Source of the DNA: Octopus vulgaris
Lineage: Eukaryota
NCBI GenBank assembly: GCA_951406725.2
Contig: OX597829.1
Location: 39,432,001 to 39,496,000 of the forward strand
Direction: 5' to 3'
Length of the DNA: 64,000 nucleotides
Within the stretch, counting starts at the first letter, position 1. Every line of letters starts with the position of its first letter. A program made the translations under genes and the position numbers. This document shows, one piece after another, positions 50,590-63,208 of this stretch. The notes under the pieces were generated by a model, which saw only the letters and a list, made by a program, of their open reading frames with translations, did no database searches and had not been told where the DNA came from.

Positions 50590-51000
50590 TAGGTGCAGAC
50601 ATGGTTGTGTGGTTAGAAGTTGCAGAGTACTTGGTACAGTGTCACTGTGTAACACCTTAAACAAGTGTCTTCTATTATAGCTTTGTGTCGATCAAAACCT
50701 GCAGAGTGAATTTGGTAGACAGAAACTGGAAAAAGCCTGTTGTATATATATATGTGTGTGTGTGTGTGTGTATGTGTGTGTTTATGCCTATGTTTGTCCC
50801 CTTCCCAAACCACTTAAAAATTGGTGTTGGTGTAGTTACATCCCTGTAACTTAGCAGTTCAGCAAAGTGACTAACAGAATAAGTACCAGGCTTCAAAAAA
50901 GAAAGAAATGCCAGGGTCAATTCATTTTACTAAAATTCTTTGAGGCAGTGCCCCAGCATGGCCACAGTCTAATGACTGAAACAAGATAGGAGATAAAAGA
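50590..51000 (+). mobile_element. Older SINE-B
   Basis: Diverged head, (TG)n, tail gtgccccagcatggccacagtctaatgactgaaac. Confidence 0.8.
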
Positions 51001-51454
51001 ACTTAATTGACCTAAATTTGTTTACCATTTATTCACTTTGTTCCGTTACCTCATTTAAATACAGCTCACTCAAAACTACATTTGGCTCTGTGATACACAT
51101 TTCCTATTTTAAAGTGAACCAAATTAAAGCCTTCCGTCAAAATTTCATGTTGGAAAGTCTTAATTGGGATTGAATCATCAAAATTTCATGCTAATTTATG
51201 ATGTCTCAAACATCAGCTTGATATTTTGTTGTCTAATTAAATTCTTCGTAATTTTCAAAATTAAGGCAAAATATTTTAACAGAAATATAATAACAGAAGA
51301 ATTAATGTTATGATGATTTGGCTGCCTCTCTTTTCTGGATTTGGAACCATGGAGAACTGAATTATTATTTCATAATAATAAATCTCCTCTAGTTATTCAC
51401 CAAATTTAACAGGTGTTAAAATATTATGATGAAGATGAGAATGATGATGATGAT

Positions 51455-51698
51455 AATCCTTTCTACTCTAACACAAGGCTTGAAATTTTAGGGAAAGGAG
51501 TTTATCAATTACATTGACCCTAGTGCCCGACTACTACTTTTTTCATTGAACCCAAAAATGTTGAAAGGCAAAGCCAACCTTAGTGGAATTTGAACTCAGA
51601 AGATGACAACAGATGAAATACCACTAAGTATCTTCACCAACGTGCTAATGTTTCTGCCAGTTTGCTGCCTTAATAATAATAATAATAATAATAATAAC

Positions 51699-51740
<42 letters not shown>

Positions 51741-51840
51741 CATTCTTTCTACTATAGGCACAAGGCCTGAAATTTTGTTGAGAGGGGCTAGTTGGTTACA
51801 GTGACCCAGTACTCGATTGGTACTTGTTTTATTGACTCCA
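51455..51840 (-). mobile_element. Two old SINE-A-related copies separated by (AAT)n
   Basis: gaaaggcaaagccaacct..tttgaactcaga..ctgccagtttgctgcct head; alternative tail ggccttgtgcctatagtagaaag. Confidence 0.7.
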
Positions 51841-52432
51841 CTTCCATTTGAGTTGAGCAAGACAATTCATTTCACTCCAAATGACTGAAACAAGTAAAAG
51901 AAAAAAAAGAAAAGAAAAAAAATATGCTAACAAGAACACAAGCTGGGGGAAACAACTCCAATGTTAGTTGCCTGGCTATGTAGCTCTCTAGCAGAGAAAA
52001 GGTATAAAACTGGCAGTGGAGGATGTCTTCAAGCAAGACTCAGGAGAAAAAAAAGAAGTCCTACTGAAGCTCCCTTGTGCAGCCCTTACGTCTAATCTGT
52101 TAGCTTTTGATTACCTTTTCGAATGTAATGCTTCTTTATTCACATTGCTTTGAATTATAATCTTGCATTATTTCATAGCTTTGAGATTTTGATTATGCGA
52201 TTGTTTATGCTTAGAATGACATTGTAGGGAAGGTGTAAGAGGACAGATCTAGTCGGTTTCAACATAAAGCATGCATAATATTTTGGGTTGGAATATGGCC
52301 AGTTTAACTGCTGAGCGGTTAGACCCATCGAAGAATACAGCAATTCTTGGGTCAGATCTCTGATCTGAGGGTAACTTTCTCCCTTCCTCCACTCAACTTG
52401 GAGACTCTGAAAAAAAGGTCATGGAAAACTGT

Positions 52433-52491
<59 letters not shown>

Positions 52492-53058
52492 AATGGTTAA
52501 AAAAACCAATAAAAACAAAAAATATCTTGTTTCATTTGTGTCTACAAAGTAATTCTTTTCCATATAGAGGAAGAGTTCAAGCTGACCTAAACTGACCTAA
52601 ATATCTCGCTAATATTTATTTTAGCAACCTTCAAAAAAACGACATATCAGCAAGGAATGAGGTGAATTGCAAGAGCTTATTAAAGCTGCTCTGCTGGAAA
52701 TATCAAAATAGCTGATAAATGTGCTTCAAGTTACATCTTATCATCTTCAATCTCAAGATAGTAAGATTTTGGTAGATTAACTGGGATGAGGACAAACAAA
52801 GACGTGATGTCATGACAAGGAACGGTTTGCACCATGGGGTTTATTGGATCAGAGTTTACCCCAGGCTAAACAATACCCAAGGATAGATATAATGAATAAT
52901 TATAGTGCTAGATATAGGTGTGAGCCTGGCTGTTTGGTAAGAGGTTTGCTTCCCAGCCACATGGTTTTGGGTTCAGTCCCTCTGAGTAACACCTCAGGTA
53001 AGTGTCTAGTCAAAGGCTGACCAAAGCCTTGTAAGAGGATTTGGTAGGCAGGAACTGA

Positions 53059-53280
53059 GCTGGCAGAAACATTAGCACGCCGGGCGAAATGCTTAGCAGT
53101 ATTTTGTCTGCCGCTACATTCTGAGTTCAAATTCGGTCGAGGTCGACTTTGCCTTTCATCCTTTCAGGGTCGATAAATTAAGTACCAGTTACGCACTGGG
53201 GTCGATGTAATCGACATAATCCGTTTGTCTGTCCTTGTTTGTCCCCTCTGTGTTTAGCCCCTTGTGGGTAGTAAAGAAAT
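53059..53280 (+). mobile_element. SINE-A nested in SINE-B
   Basis: TSD aggaactga at 53050-53058 and 53281-53289. Confidence 0.9.
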
Positions 53281-53359
53281 AGGAACTGAAAGAAGTCCAT
53301 CATATATGTGTGTGTGTATCTGTCTGTCTGTACACACACACGCATGCACACATACACAC

Positions 53360-53390
<31 letters not shown>

Positions 53391-54051
53391 ATGTGTATAT
53401 GTGTCTTTGTGTTTGTGTCTGTATCCCACTGCTTGATAATTGGTGTTGGTTTGTTTACATTCCCGTCTCTAAATGGCTTGGCAAAGGAGATTGATACAAA
53501 AAAAAAGAAAAAAAAAAAGAAAAGAAAGTACTGGGGTAGATTTGCTTAACTAAAATCCTTCAAGGGTGTGCCCCAACATGGCCACAGGTCCAATGATTGA
53601 AATAAGTAAAAAATAAAAAGCAAGATAGAATCATTCTTTGAATAAAAGATAGGATGGTAACAGATGGAACTCCCTTTTGAGTATAGGTTCACTGGATCTG
53701 AGTTACCTGGGGCTAAATAACAGCAACAACTGTGCAAGATAACATTCACCTCTATTGTATCCAGATTATTTTCATCCGGAAATCAAAGGCGAAGTTTGTT
53801 TTGCCATGTTACCAAAATTATTCTTGTAACTGTAAACGGTCCATATTAAAATTACTCACAAGAGCAAACTATTACAAATTACAGCCAATGCAAGGAACCA
53901 GTTCTAAGTTATGTTTACCGAATTTAAATTATCCAAACCCGTTTTGTTGTTTGTATTTTCTTTTTTTTTTTTGTTTATTTTTCTATTTGGCTTTGATTTA
54001 TTCTGTAAGTTGCTAAAACTTGTTCTTCATGTAATAATATATTTACTGTTC

Positions 54052-54090
<39 letters not shown>

Positions 54091-54799
54091 TGTCTGCTTT
54101 TCTGACAGCTAGCTTTTCTTCTACTCATTCTTCTCCCTGTCCTCCTTCATTCTTCGTTGTCATCCTTCTTTGTTGCCATCGTTTTCTTTGTTTTTTTTTT
54201 ATTGTTGTTATCATTTTTGTTTTCTTTCTCTTTCTTCTGCTTCTTTCTTCTTTGGTGAAAGGTTACTATTAACTAGGATTATTCGTGAAATTAATAAAAA
54301 AAAAAATAAAGAAAAATATTAAGGGTCTTTTAAAAATTCTAAAAAAGAAAATTGCAGAGAAGATAACCACAATAAAATCAATTAATCAAAAATTTTAGGG
54401 AAATAAAAACTTGATGTAAATGTTAGAAGATAGTCATGAGAGCAGACTGGTGGAAGTAATGGCTATGTTTCAATCTTATTGGATCTCCTCAGCCTGTTAC
54501 AAACAGCTTTATTGATGCCTTAGGGGTTACTAGTCTTTTCAAATGGCACAAAAAAGTTTCTTGGAATTCTTCAGGAAACTTAGAAAACTGCAGTTAATTT
54601 TTTGGAATTTGTCTCAATTTGTTCCATTAAAAAGAAATATCTCAGGCTACTGTAAACCTTTAAATGGTTGGGAGGATTCATCTGGATTTAAAACCTAATT
54701 TATGTTATTTAGGTTGTATAATTTTGATCCCACTTCCAATGCATGCTGTCTCTCTTTTCATGAAATCGGATTTTTCTTACTTTTTTTTCTTTCTATTAA

Positions 54800-55197
54800 G
54801 TAGTGGCTGTGTGGTAAGTAGCTTGCTAACCAACCACATGGTTCCGGGTTCAGTCCCACTGTGTGGTATCTTGGGCAAGTGTCTTCTGCTATAGCCCCAG
54901 GCCGACCAATGCCTTGTGAGTGGATTTAGTAGACGGAAACTGAAAGAAGCCTGTCGTATATATGTATGTGTGTGTGTTTGTGAGTGTGTTTGTGTGTGTG
55001 TTTGTCCCCCTAGCATTGCTTGACAACCAATGCTGGTGTGTTTACGTCCCCGTTACTTAGCGGTTTGGCAAAAGAGACCGATGGGATAAATACTGGGCTT
55101 ACAAAGAATAAGTCCCGGGGTCGATTTGCTCGACTAAAGGCGGTGCTCCAGCATGGCCACAGTCAAATGACTGAAACAAGTAAAAGAGTAAAGAGTA
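54800..55197 (+). mobile_element. SINE-B full length (older copies also near 13905-14190, 19700-20005, 52915-53620, 56497-56850, 61018-61660)
   Basis: Colinear with 34264-34655. Confidence 0.9.
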
Positions 55198-55297
55198 ATT
55201 CAAATATTCCCTTTTTGGAAAATGCAGGAAATTTTTTGGTAGGTAAAATGTGACAAAATTCAGCAGCTGCAGCTGTTCCATTATCAACTGGAATTTT

Positions 55298-55522
55298 AGC
55301 AGAAACCTTAGCACGCCGGGTGAAATGTGTAGTTGTATTTCGTTTGCCGTTATGTTCTGAGTTCAAATTCCACCGAGGTTGACTTTGCCTTTCATCCTTT
55401 CGGGATCGATAAATTAAGTACCAGTTACGCACTGGGGGTCGATGTAATCGACTTAATCCCTTTGTCTGTCCTTATTTGTCCTCTTTGTCTTTAGCCCCCT
55501 GTGGGTAGTAAAGAAATAGGTA
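55298..55522 (+). mobile_element. SINE-A
   Basis: Slightly 5'-truncated; TSD attttagcag. Confidence 0.88.
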
Positions 55523-55840
55523 TTTTAGCAGTCTGTGAATAGATAAAAGAGCTAAAGTATATGAATATAAACAAAAAGAGAAAAAGTAGTTATTGGTATT
55601 ACTAGAAGGAAATATTAGAATTTTTTTGGAAGTTGATAATAAAAGGAAAAGTCGTAAATCATTGACCTGAGTTTAACATTTTTGATTCTTGGACAAATAT
55701 AAAAATAATACAATTTTTAGAAAATATTCGAAGACATCTTTAACTGATAGTCAAAGCATGAGAAGTTTGGCATCACGGAGCCAGATGTAGTTTTGGCTGT
55801 ATTGGCAGCCAAAAAATTTTGTTGCTGCCTACTTACTTAC

Positions 55841-56051
55841 CCATTTCTTTACTACCCACAAGGGGCTAAACACAGAGGACAAACAAGGACAGACAGACTG
55901 ATTAAGTCGATTTCATCGACCCCAGTGCATAACTGGTACTTATTTAATCGACCCCGAAAGGATGAAAGGCAAAGTCGACCTCGGTGGAATTTGAACTCAG
56001 AACATAGCAGCAGGTTAAATACCGCTAAGCATTTCTCTCGGCATGCTAACT
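55841..56051 (-). mobile_element. SINE-A
   Basis: Reverse-complement copy, 5'-truncated. Confidence 0.88.
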
Positions 56052-56981
56052 TGTCTATCCACCTACCCATCTATTTATCCATCAGTCTATCTAACTGTTC
56101 ATCTGTTTTGCTCATTTCTTTATATATATATATATAAAATCTATCTATTTTTCTGTCCATCTATCTATATACCCACCCTTTTTCGCCACCCATCTTCCTG
56201 TCTGTAACAGTCATGAAATTTGATTTCATTGTTATTTTAACATTTCTTTCATTATTTTATTCTACTACTTTTGTTAAGAAGTCCTTGACACACAATAGTC
56301 AACATATTTCACTGCAGGTTTCTTTAAGCAGTAATTGTTCAGAGGATATTGAGGCCAGCTATTATTTCTAGGAGACAGTTACACAGCTAATTGAATTAAA
56401 CCCTACTCCTGCTACAGTCTATGGCAAAAATCAACCTTGGTAGAATTTGAAATCAGAACGTAGAGAGACTGAAGTAAATTCTCTTAGACATAGATACAGG
56501 CATGTTTGTGTGGTTAAGAAGGTTGCTTCAGAACCACATTGTTCCAGGTTCAAAACCTTGAGGGAGTGTTTTCTATTATAGCCAGTGGCCGACCAAAGTC
56601 CCACGAGTAGATTTGGTAGATAGAAACTGACAGAAGTCTGTCACATATATGTGTGTGTGTGTTTGTCTTCCCACTACTGCTTGATAATCGGTGTTTATAT
56701 CCCTTTGACTTAATGGTACACCAAAAATAGACTAATAAAATAACAGACTTAAAAATAAAAAGTTCTTGGGTTGATTCATTTCGCAAAGAATTCTTCAAAG
56801 TGGTGCCCCAGCATGGCCACGGTCTAATGACTGAAACTAGTAAAAGATAAATGATATCTTGAGTTTAAAACAATAAAGGCTTGTTTATTTAATTGAAGAT
56901 TTTTATAGCAATTGTTCATGAAGACACTGATGAGCCTCTGCTGTCAGATATGACAGTAGTTCATACACAATACACACACAC

Positions 56982-57500
56982 ATCATCATTTTTTAACATC
57001 CGCTTTCCATGCTAGCATGGGTTGGACGATTTGACTGAGGTCTGGCGAACCAGACTCCAATCTGATCTGGCAGAGTTTATACACCTGGATGCCCTTCCTA
57101 AACGCTGACCACTCCGAGAGTGTAGTGGGTGCTTTTACGTGCCACCGGCACGAGGGCCAGTTTGGTGGTACTGGCAACGGCTACGCTCAAATGGTGCTTT
57201 TTATGTGCCACCTGCACAGGAGCCAGTCCAGTGGCACTGGTGACGACCTTGCTCGAATGTTTCACGTGCCACTAGTGCCTAGTGTAAAGTGGTTGGTGTT
57301 AGGAAGGGTAACCAACCATAGAAACTATGCCAAAGCAGACACAAGACCATGACGCAGTCCTTGAAACTCATCAGGTCCTGTCTACATGTCCAATCCATGC
57401 AACATGGAACATGGACATTAAATGGTGATGATGATGATGATGATATGTGGGTGTCTGTTTCACGTGTCACCAGCACAAGTGCTAGTAAGGTGATGCGGTA
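56982..57500 (-). mobile_element. SINE-D carrying an internal insertion at 57270-57458
   Basis: Family tail and core with three or more internal units, interrupted by an oppositely oriented segment. Confidence 0.8.
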
Positions 57501-57859
57501 ATGATCACACGCACATATATAAGTATAATATATAGTGAAAGTTATTTATAGTAGTGAGTTTTGGCAAGGAAATGGGAAAAGCCTGTGGAGTTTATGTTCT
57601 ACTGTTTAAGGGACTTTGGTTCATATGGATAAGATATTGCAAACAAAACCACTTGAAAATTTTTGTCCATAATAACAGAGGAACTTATGACTCTTCCTTA
57701 TCTTTACTATTGACTTATATGATAAAAACTAGGGATATGTAAGCCATAAATATAAATGAATGACTTGGAGGGGACAGAAAATAGATAAATAAATTGAAAA
57801 TTTAAACTTTTCCTGTATGAAATATTTCTGTTTACTCTCAGTGTTTCAGCAGTTGATAT

Positions 57860-57911
<52 letters not shown>

Positions 57912-58010
57912 TTTTTTCCCCCCCAATTTGAAATTTTAGTTAGATAAATTTCAACCAGAGATTGATTTTTTGAAGCATAAATCTTCAAGAGACCAGGCTT
58001 TTATTAACAA

Positions 58011-58510
58011 CTAGCAGTATGCTCGGGTTTGTAAGGGAAATAACTATATAAGCATTTTTAGAGAGTTACTTCCCTTATAGATGCCAATTCAGGTTTTCTT
58101 AGCCATTTCTGTTTTGGTGTCTTCAAGCCATGAAGTCGTTGTTCTAAAAGAACGCTAGTCTCCTTGACAACGCTTTACGACATTGATTTCCTTACACTCC
58201 CTTCCCCACAGCTTCACGAGGGAGGGAAGAAGGGGGAGAAGCAAACAGGTGCAGGTGTGACCATGGACGCCAACTCCGCCGCCATCGACACGAAAAATGA
58301 TGCATTAAAATGGAATAAAAAATGATGTTAAATTATTTTTAAAATCGTAGACTCATCGTAGATGCGCGCTAATACCCAGACAGGCTCGATATGAATCACG
58401 ACTATAAGATACCCGAATTTGGTTAAACTGCACCGCAAAATGTGGGAGTAGTTAGGAATCTAAATCGAAGGGGACAGACACTCACACAACTACAGTTTTA
58501 TATATAAAGA
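58011..58510 (-). mobile_element. Non-autonomous Helitron, close copy of 10030-10541
   Basis: Same termini and body; 11-nt deletion in the 3' hairpin. Confidence 0.92.
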
Positions 58511-58775
58511 TTTAATATAGACACAGTTAACTGCCCGTTTGTGGGTCTGTCTCCGTCCCCACCTCTCTTGCCAAACTGTTCTGATTGTATAACACTATCA
58601 TTAAAAACATATAGTTAAGTTATAAAGCTACTTTTGTTTGAAAAGAACTTATTTTAAAAGAAGTAAAATATTATGAAAAGTAAGCAAAAATATGAACATC
58701 CATTCATAATTGTCATTTTAGAAAACTTAATGAATATTCTGTAAAATATGAAGTGTTATCTATCATTCTGTCTAT

Positions 58776-59224
58776 TTTCCTTCCTTCCTTCCTTCCGTCC
58801 TTCCTTCCTTCCTTCCTTCCTTCCTTCCTTCCTTCCTTCCTTCCTTCCTTCCTTCCTTCCTTCCTTCCTTCTTTCCTTCCTTCCTTCCTTCCTTCCTTGC
58901 TTCCTTGCTTCCTTGCTTGCTTGCTTGCTTCCTTCCTTGCTTCCTTCCTTTTGTCTTTCCTTCCTTCCATCGTTCCTTCCATCTTTCCTTGCTTCTGTCC
59001 TTCCTTCCTTGCTTGCTTGCTTGCTTCCTTCCTTCCTTCCTTCCTTCCTTCCTTCCCTTCCTTCCTTCCTTCCTTCCTTCCTTCCTTCCTTCCTTCCTTC
59101 CTTCCGTCCGTCTTTCCTTGCTTCCGTCCTTCCTTCCTTGCTTCCGTCCTTCCTTCCTTCCTTCCTTGCTTCCTTCCTTCCTTGCTTCCTTCCTTCCTTC
59201 CTTTCGTCTTTCCTTCCTTCCTTC

Positions 59225-59259
<35 letters not shown>

Positions 59260-60045
59260 CCTTCCTTCCTTCCTTCCGTCTTTCCTTCCTTCTGTCTTCC
59301 TTCCTTCCTTCCTTTCTTCCTTCCTTCCTTCCTTCCTTCCTTGCTTCTTTCCTTCCTTCCTTGTTTCTTTCCTTCCTTCCTTCCTTCCTTCCTTCCTTCC
59401 TTGCTTCTTTCCTTCCTTCCTTCCTTCCTTCCTTGCTTCCTTCCTTCCTTCCTTCCTTCCTTCCTTCCTTCCTTCCTTCCTTCCTTCCTTCCTTCCTTCG
59501 TCTTTCCTTCCATCCTTCCTTCCGTCCTTCCTTCCTTCTGTCCTTCCTTCCTTCCTCCCTCCCTCCCTTCCTTCCTTCTTTCCTTCCTTCCTTCCTTCCT
59601 TGCTTCCTTCCTTCCTTCCTTCCTTCCTTCCTTCCTTCCTTCCTTCCGTCTTTCCTTCCTTCCTTCCTTGATTCCTTGCTTCCTTCCTTCCTTGCTTCCT
59701 TCCTTCCTTCCTTCCTTCCTTCCTTCCTTCCTTCCATCCTTGCTTCCTTCCTTGCTTCCTTCCGTCTTTCCTTGCTTCCTTCCGTCTTTCCTTCCTTCCT
59801 TCCTTCCTTCCTTCCTTCCTTCCTTCCCTTCTTCTTTCCTTCCTTCCTTGCTTCCTTTCTTCCTTCCTTCCTTCCGTCCTTCCTTCTGTCTTTCCTTCCT
59901 TCCTTCCTTCCTTGCTTCCTTCCGTCTTTCCTTCCTTCCTTCATTCCTTGCTTGCTTGCTTCCTTGCTTCCTTCCTTCCTTCCTTCCTTGCTTTCTTCCT
60001 TCCTTCCTTCCTTCCATCCTTCCTTCCTTCCGTCCTTTCTTTCTT
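58776..60045. repeat. ~1.27-kb (TTCC)n/(GGAA)n tract with TTGC/GTCC/GTCT variants
   Basis: Directly visible; explains all long ORFs at 58713-60107. Confidence 0.98.
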
Positions 60046-60049
60046 TTAC

Positions 60050-60490
60050 ACAAATAATCCAGACTCCCAGGCACTGTCTGTTCGCCTCAGTTCTTTCTTT
60101 CCCATAATTTCAGGAATATGGTTGAATGATTAATTTCCTATAGTCATTTTCAAGAAACCTGCTACTGACACTTTCAGAAAAGCGAGGAAAATTCGGCACG
60201 GGGCATATTTTGCTAATTCCTCTCATCAACCTTGATAAAGATTCGTCCTTTGCTTTAAGACAGCGTCAGCTACCTATCAGAATGCATATGCCGTGTTGAT
60301 AAACAAAAGTCAACGGCAAAGCTCATCAAAATGTGGCATTTGTCTCCTTAATACAATGTTCACACATAGGTTGTATGTTGTTCTCAGTAGAATTAGGTAT
60401 TCTTTGCATGAAAAGTTATTACTGGTCAAAATCAATTCATAATTAACATGGAGACGTTGCAAGTGCTTCACTTTAGAAAATGTTTCAAAT
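60050..60490 (+). pseudogene. Decayed Helitron RepHel / Pif1-family helicase C-terminus
   Basis: Frameshifted translation GKFGTGHILLIPLINL..SFALRQRQLPIR/AYAVLINKSQRQSSSKCGICLLNTMFTHRLYVVLSR matches Pif1-type R.QFP.RLA.A.TINKSQGQ...VG......F.HGQLYVA.SR. Confidence 0.82.
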
Positions 60491-60977
60491 TCACAGACTT
60501 TGATTGTCAAAATTGCCTGTTTGAGGAATATTGCATATAATGTTGCATAAATATACACACAGACACCCACATATCATCATCATCATTTAATGTCCATGTT
60601 CCATGTTGCATGGATTGGACATGTAGACAGGACCTGATGAGTTTCAAGGACTGCATCATGGTCTTGTGTCTGCTTTGGCATAGTTTCTATGGTTGGTTAC
60701 CCTTCCTAACGCCAGCCACTTTACACTAGGCACTAGTGAGGTTGCCATACAAGTCTACGAAACCTGAAGAAGCATCCCCCTTATACTAGGTTGGGTTTTA
60801 AAGTATGAGAGAAGGGGTCGGGGTAGAAGCAGGTTCTTATCTAGCGGCTACATGGATACTCGCATTTAGGAGAGAAAGTGAATTAGTGATAACTTCATTT
60901 CTAGTCTTGGAAGACTGGAAATGAAGAACTCCTCTCACAACTATCACACATATGATATCATGATATCAAGAGACAGT

Positions 60978-61014
<37 letters not shown>

Positions 61015-61300
61015 TTATAGGTGCAAGCATAGCTATGTGGCAAGAGGTTTGTTTCTCAACCACTTGATTCTGGGTTCAGTCCCATTGCATGCTGCCTTCT
61101 ACTGTGGCCCCAGGCTGACCAAAGTATTGTGAGTGGATTTGGTACATAGAAAGGAAAAGAAACCATTGTGTATATATATTTGTATGTATGTGTGTGTATC
61201 TTCATGTTATGTTTGTCTTCTGACACTGCTTGACAACTGGTGTTAGTTTGTTTACATTCCTGTGACTTACCAGTTCGACAATAGTGACTAATAGAATAAG

Positions 61301-61552
61301 TTCTTCTTCTTCTTCTTCTTCTTCTTCTGCTCCTGCTCCTGCTCCTTCTGCTGCTCCTTCTCCTGCTCCTTCTTCCTTCTGCTGCTCCTTCTTCTTCTTC
61401 TTCTTCTTCTTCTTCCGCCTCCCACTCCTCCTCCTCCCCTCCTCTTCTCCTTCTTCTTCTCCTTCTTCTTCTTCTTCTTCTTCTCCTCTTCCTCCTCCTC
61501 GTCTTCTCCCCCCTCCTCCTCCTCCTCCTCCTCTTCTTCTTCTTCTTCTTCT
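61301..61552. repeat. Compound (TTC)/(TCC)/(TGCTCC) pyrimidine microsatellite inside a SINE-B
   Basis: Directly visible. Confidence 0.95.
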
Positions 61553-61833
61553 TTAACCAGGGTTAAATAAAAAAGTACTGAGACTGATTTGTTTATCCGA
61601 ACCCTTCCAGGTGGTATCCCAGCATAGCTACAATTCAATGGCTGAAACAAGTAAAAGGTATATACAACAAGCTTTACTTTCAGTCTCTGCCTACTAAATC
61701 CACTAAGATGGCTTTGATTAGCCTAGGGCTATTGTAGGAGACACTTGCTCAAGGTGTCATGCAATGAGACTGAATGTGAAACCATCTGGTTTGGAACCAA
61801 ACCTCTTAGCTATACAGCTGTGAATGTGTTTAA

Positions 61834-62054
61834 CCCTTTCGTTACCAACCCGTCTGAAACTGGCTCTGGCTCTGAGTACAAACGTCTTGTTTTCATGAGT
61901 TTTGAATTAAAATCTTTCACCAAACCTTAGTCACAATTTATGTTCCTAACACTAGCTTTATGATAACAAAGTTATTTTACTAAATTCTTTGTTATATTTA
62001 AAATTAATTGAAAGAAACACAGAGCATCTCAACAGAAATACAGTAATGAAAGGG
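61834..62054. mobile_element. TTAA-flanked CCC..GGG MITE (piggyBac-like)
   Basis: ttaa|ccctttcgttac .. gtaatgaaaggg|tcta. Confidence 0.75.
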
Positions 62055-62085
62055 TCTAAATATATAATAGAGAAACAATTCTTAA

Positions 62086-62300
62086 CACTTTTGATACTAA
62101 CCTGGCTGAAACTGGCTCTGAGTATAAATGTCTTGTTTCCATAAGTTTTGAATTAAAATCTTCCACCAAACCTTAGTCGCAGTTTATGTTCCTAACACTA
62201 GCTGAATGATAACTAAGTTATTTTACTAAATTCTTTGTTATATTTAAAATTAATTGAAAGAAACACAGAGCATCTCAACAGAAATATGATAACAAAAGGG
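62086..62300. mobile_element. Second adjacent copy of the same MITE (diverged relatives near 51010-51305, 37185-37390, 52110-52322)
   Basis: ttaa|cacttttgatac..ataacaaaaggg|ctaa; body nearly identical to 61834-62054. Confidence 0.75.
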
Positions 62301-62332
62301 CTAAATAGATACATATAACAGATGAGTGATGT

Positions 62333-62670
62333 CATCATCATCATCATCATCGTTTAACGTCCGCTTTCCATGCTAGCATGGGTTGGACGGTTCAACTGGG
62401 GTCTGGGAAGCCAGAAGGCTGCACCAGGCCCAGTCTCATCTGGCAGAGTTTTTACAGGTGGATGCCCTTCCTAATGCCAACCACTCCGTGAGTGTAGTGG
62501 GTGCTTTTTACGTGCCAGATGAGGCTGGCAAATGACCATGATTTGTGCTATTTATGTACCACTGGCACGGAGGCCAGTCAGGGCGGTGCTGGCAACAGCG
62601 ACGTTTGGATGGTTCTTTAACGTGCCACCGGTTCTGGTATCACAACTACAATTTCCATTGATGTTGATCG
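62333..62670 (-). mobile_element. SINE-D
   Basis: Near-identical tail and core to 12569-12890. Confidence 0.85.
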
Positions 62671-63177
62671 AGGCAGTAAAAGTACAGTGGCTGAAGCTGA
62701 GAGGAAGAAAGAGAATTGAAGAAAAAGACTTAGAGAGAAAGAAATATAAAGTGAGAGACATATGTGATCAAATTTATGACATGGGGAGAGGGAAGGTTAA
62801 AATGGAAGGACAGAAATACAAAAGAGAAAGACGATGAGAAATATGACACTTTAATTGTATCTTAGTATGTTGTAAAGTGATGTACCAACAAGAGAGGATA
62901 TGCTTGTGAGGTGGGGACGAAGAAGATGTTAGATAAGAAGCCTGACTTAAACAGACAATTGAAATAAAAGAAAGAATTGGAAATAGAACAAAACAATGTC
63001 TATGAAATCAGAGTGTGAGACACTAGAGAGATTTTTTAGTCTTCTGTTTTTCGTGATGTATGCTGACTTTGAATTACAAGAAAATACAGAAAGTATAAAA
63101 CAAATTATCATGTGTGTCGTGTGTGCTTACATGTATGTACATACATGCATGCATGCATGCATACATACATACATACA

Positions 63178-63208
<31 letters not shown>

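Noticed and set aside
54445-54503. Minus-strand CTGAGGA-stem-GAAAC hammerhead-like motif
   Set aside because: Stems I and III cannot be formed convincingly.
56926-56965. CTGATGA followed by a hairpin (also 60626 and 21485)
   Set aside because: No GAAA core after stem II.
58713-60107. 300-450 aa ORFs (RKEG/PSFL repeats)
   Set aside because: Stop-free translations of the (TTCC)n tract in several frames on both strands; not genes.
61284-61650. Ser/Pro-rich and Glu/Lys-rich ORFs
   Set aside because: Trinucleotide expansion inside a SINE-B.
62996-63110. Possible next STIM exon
   Set aside because: No FL.(D/E)EL / hidden EF-hand similarity and no good splice sites.
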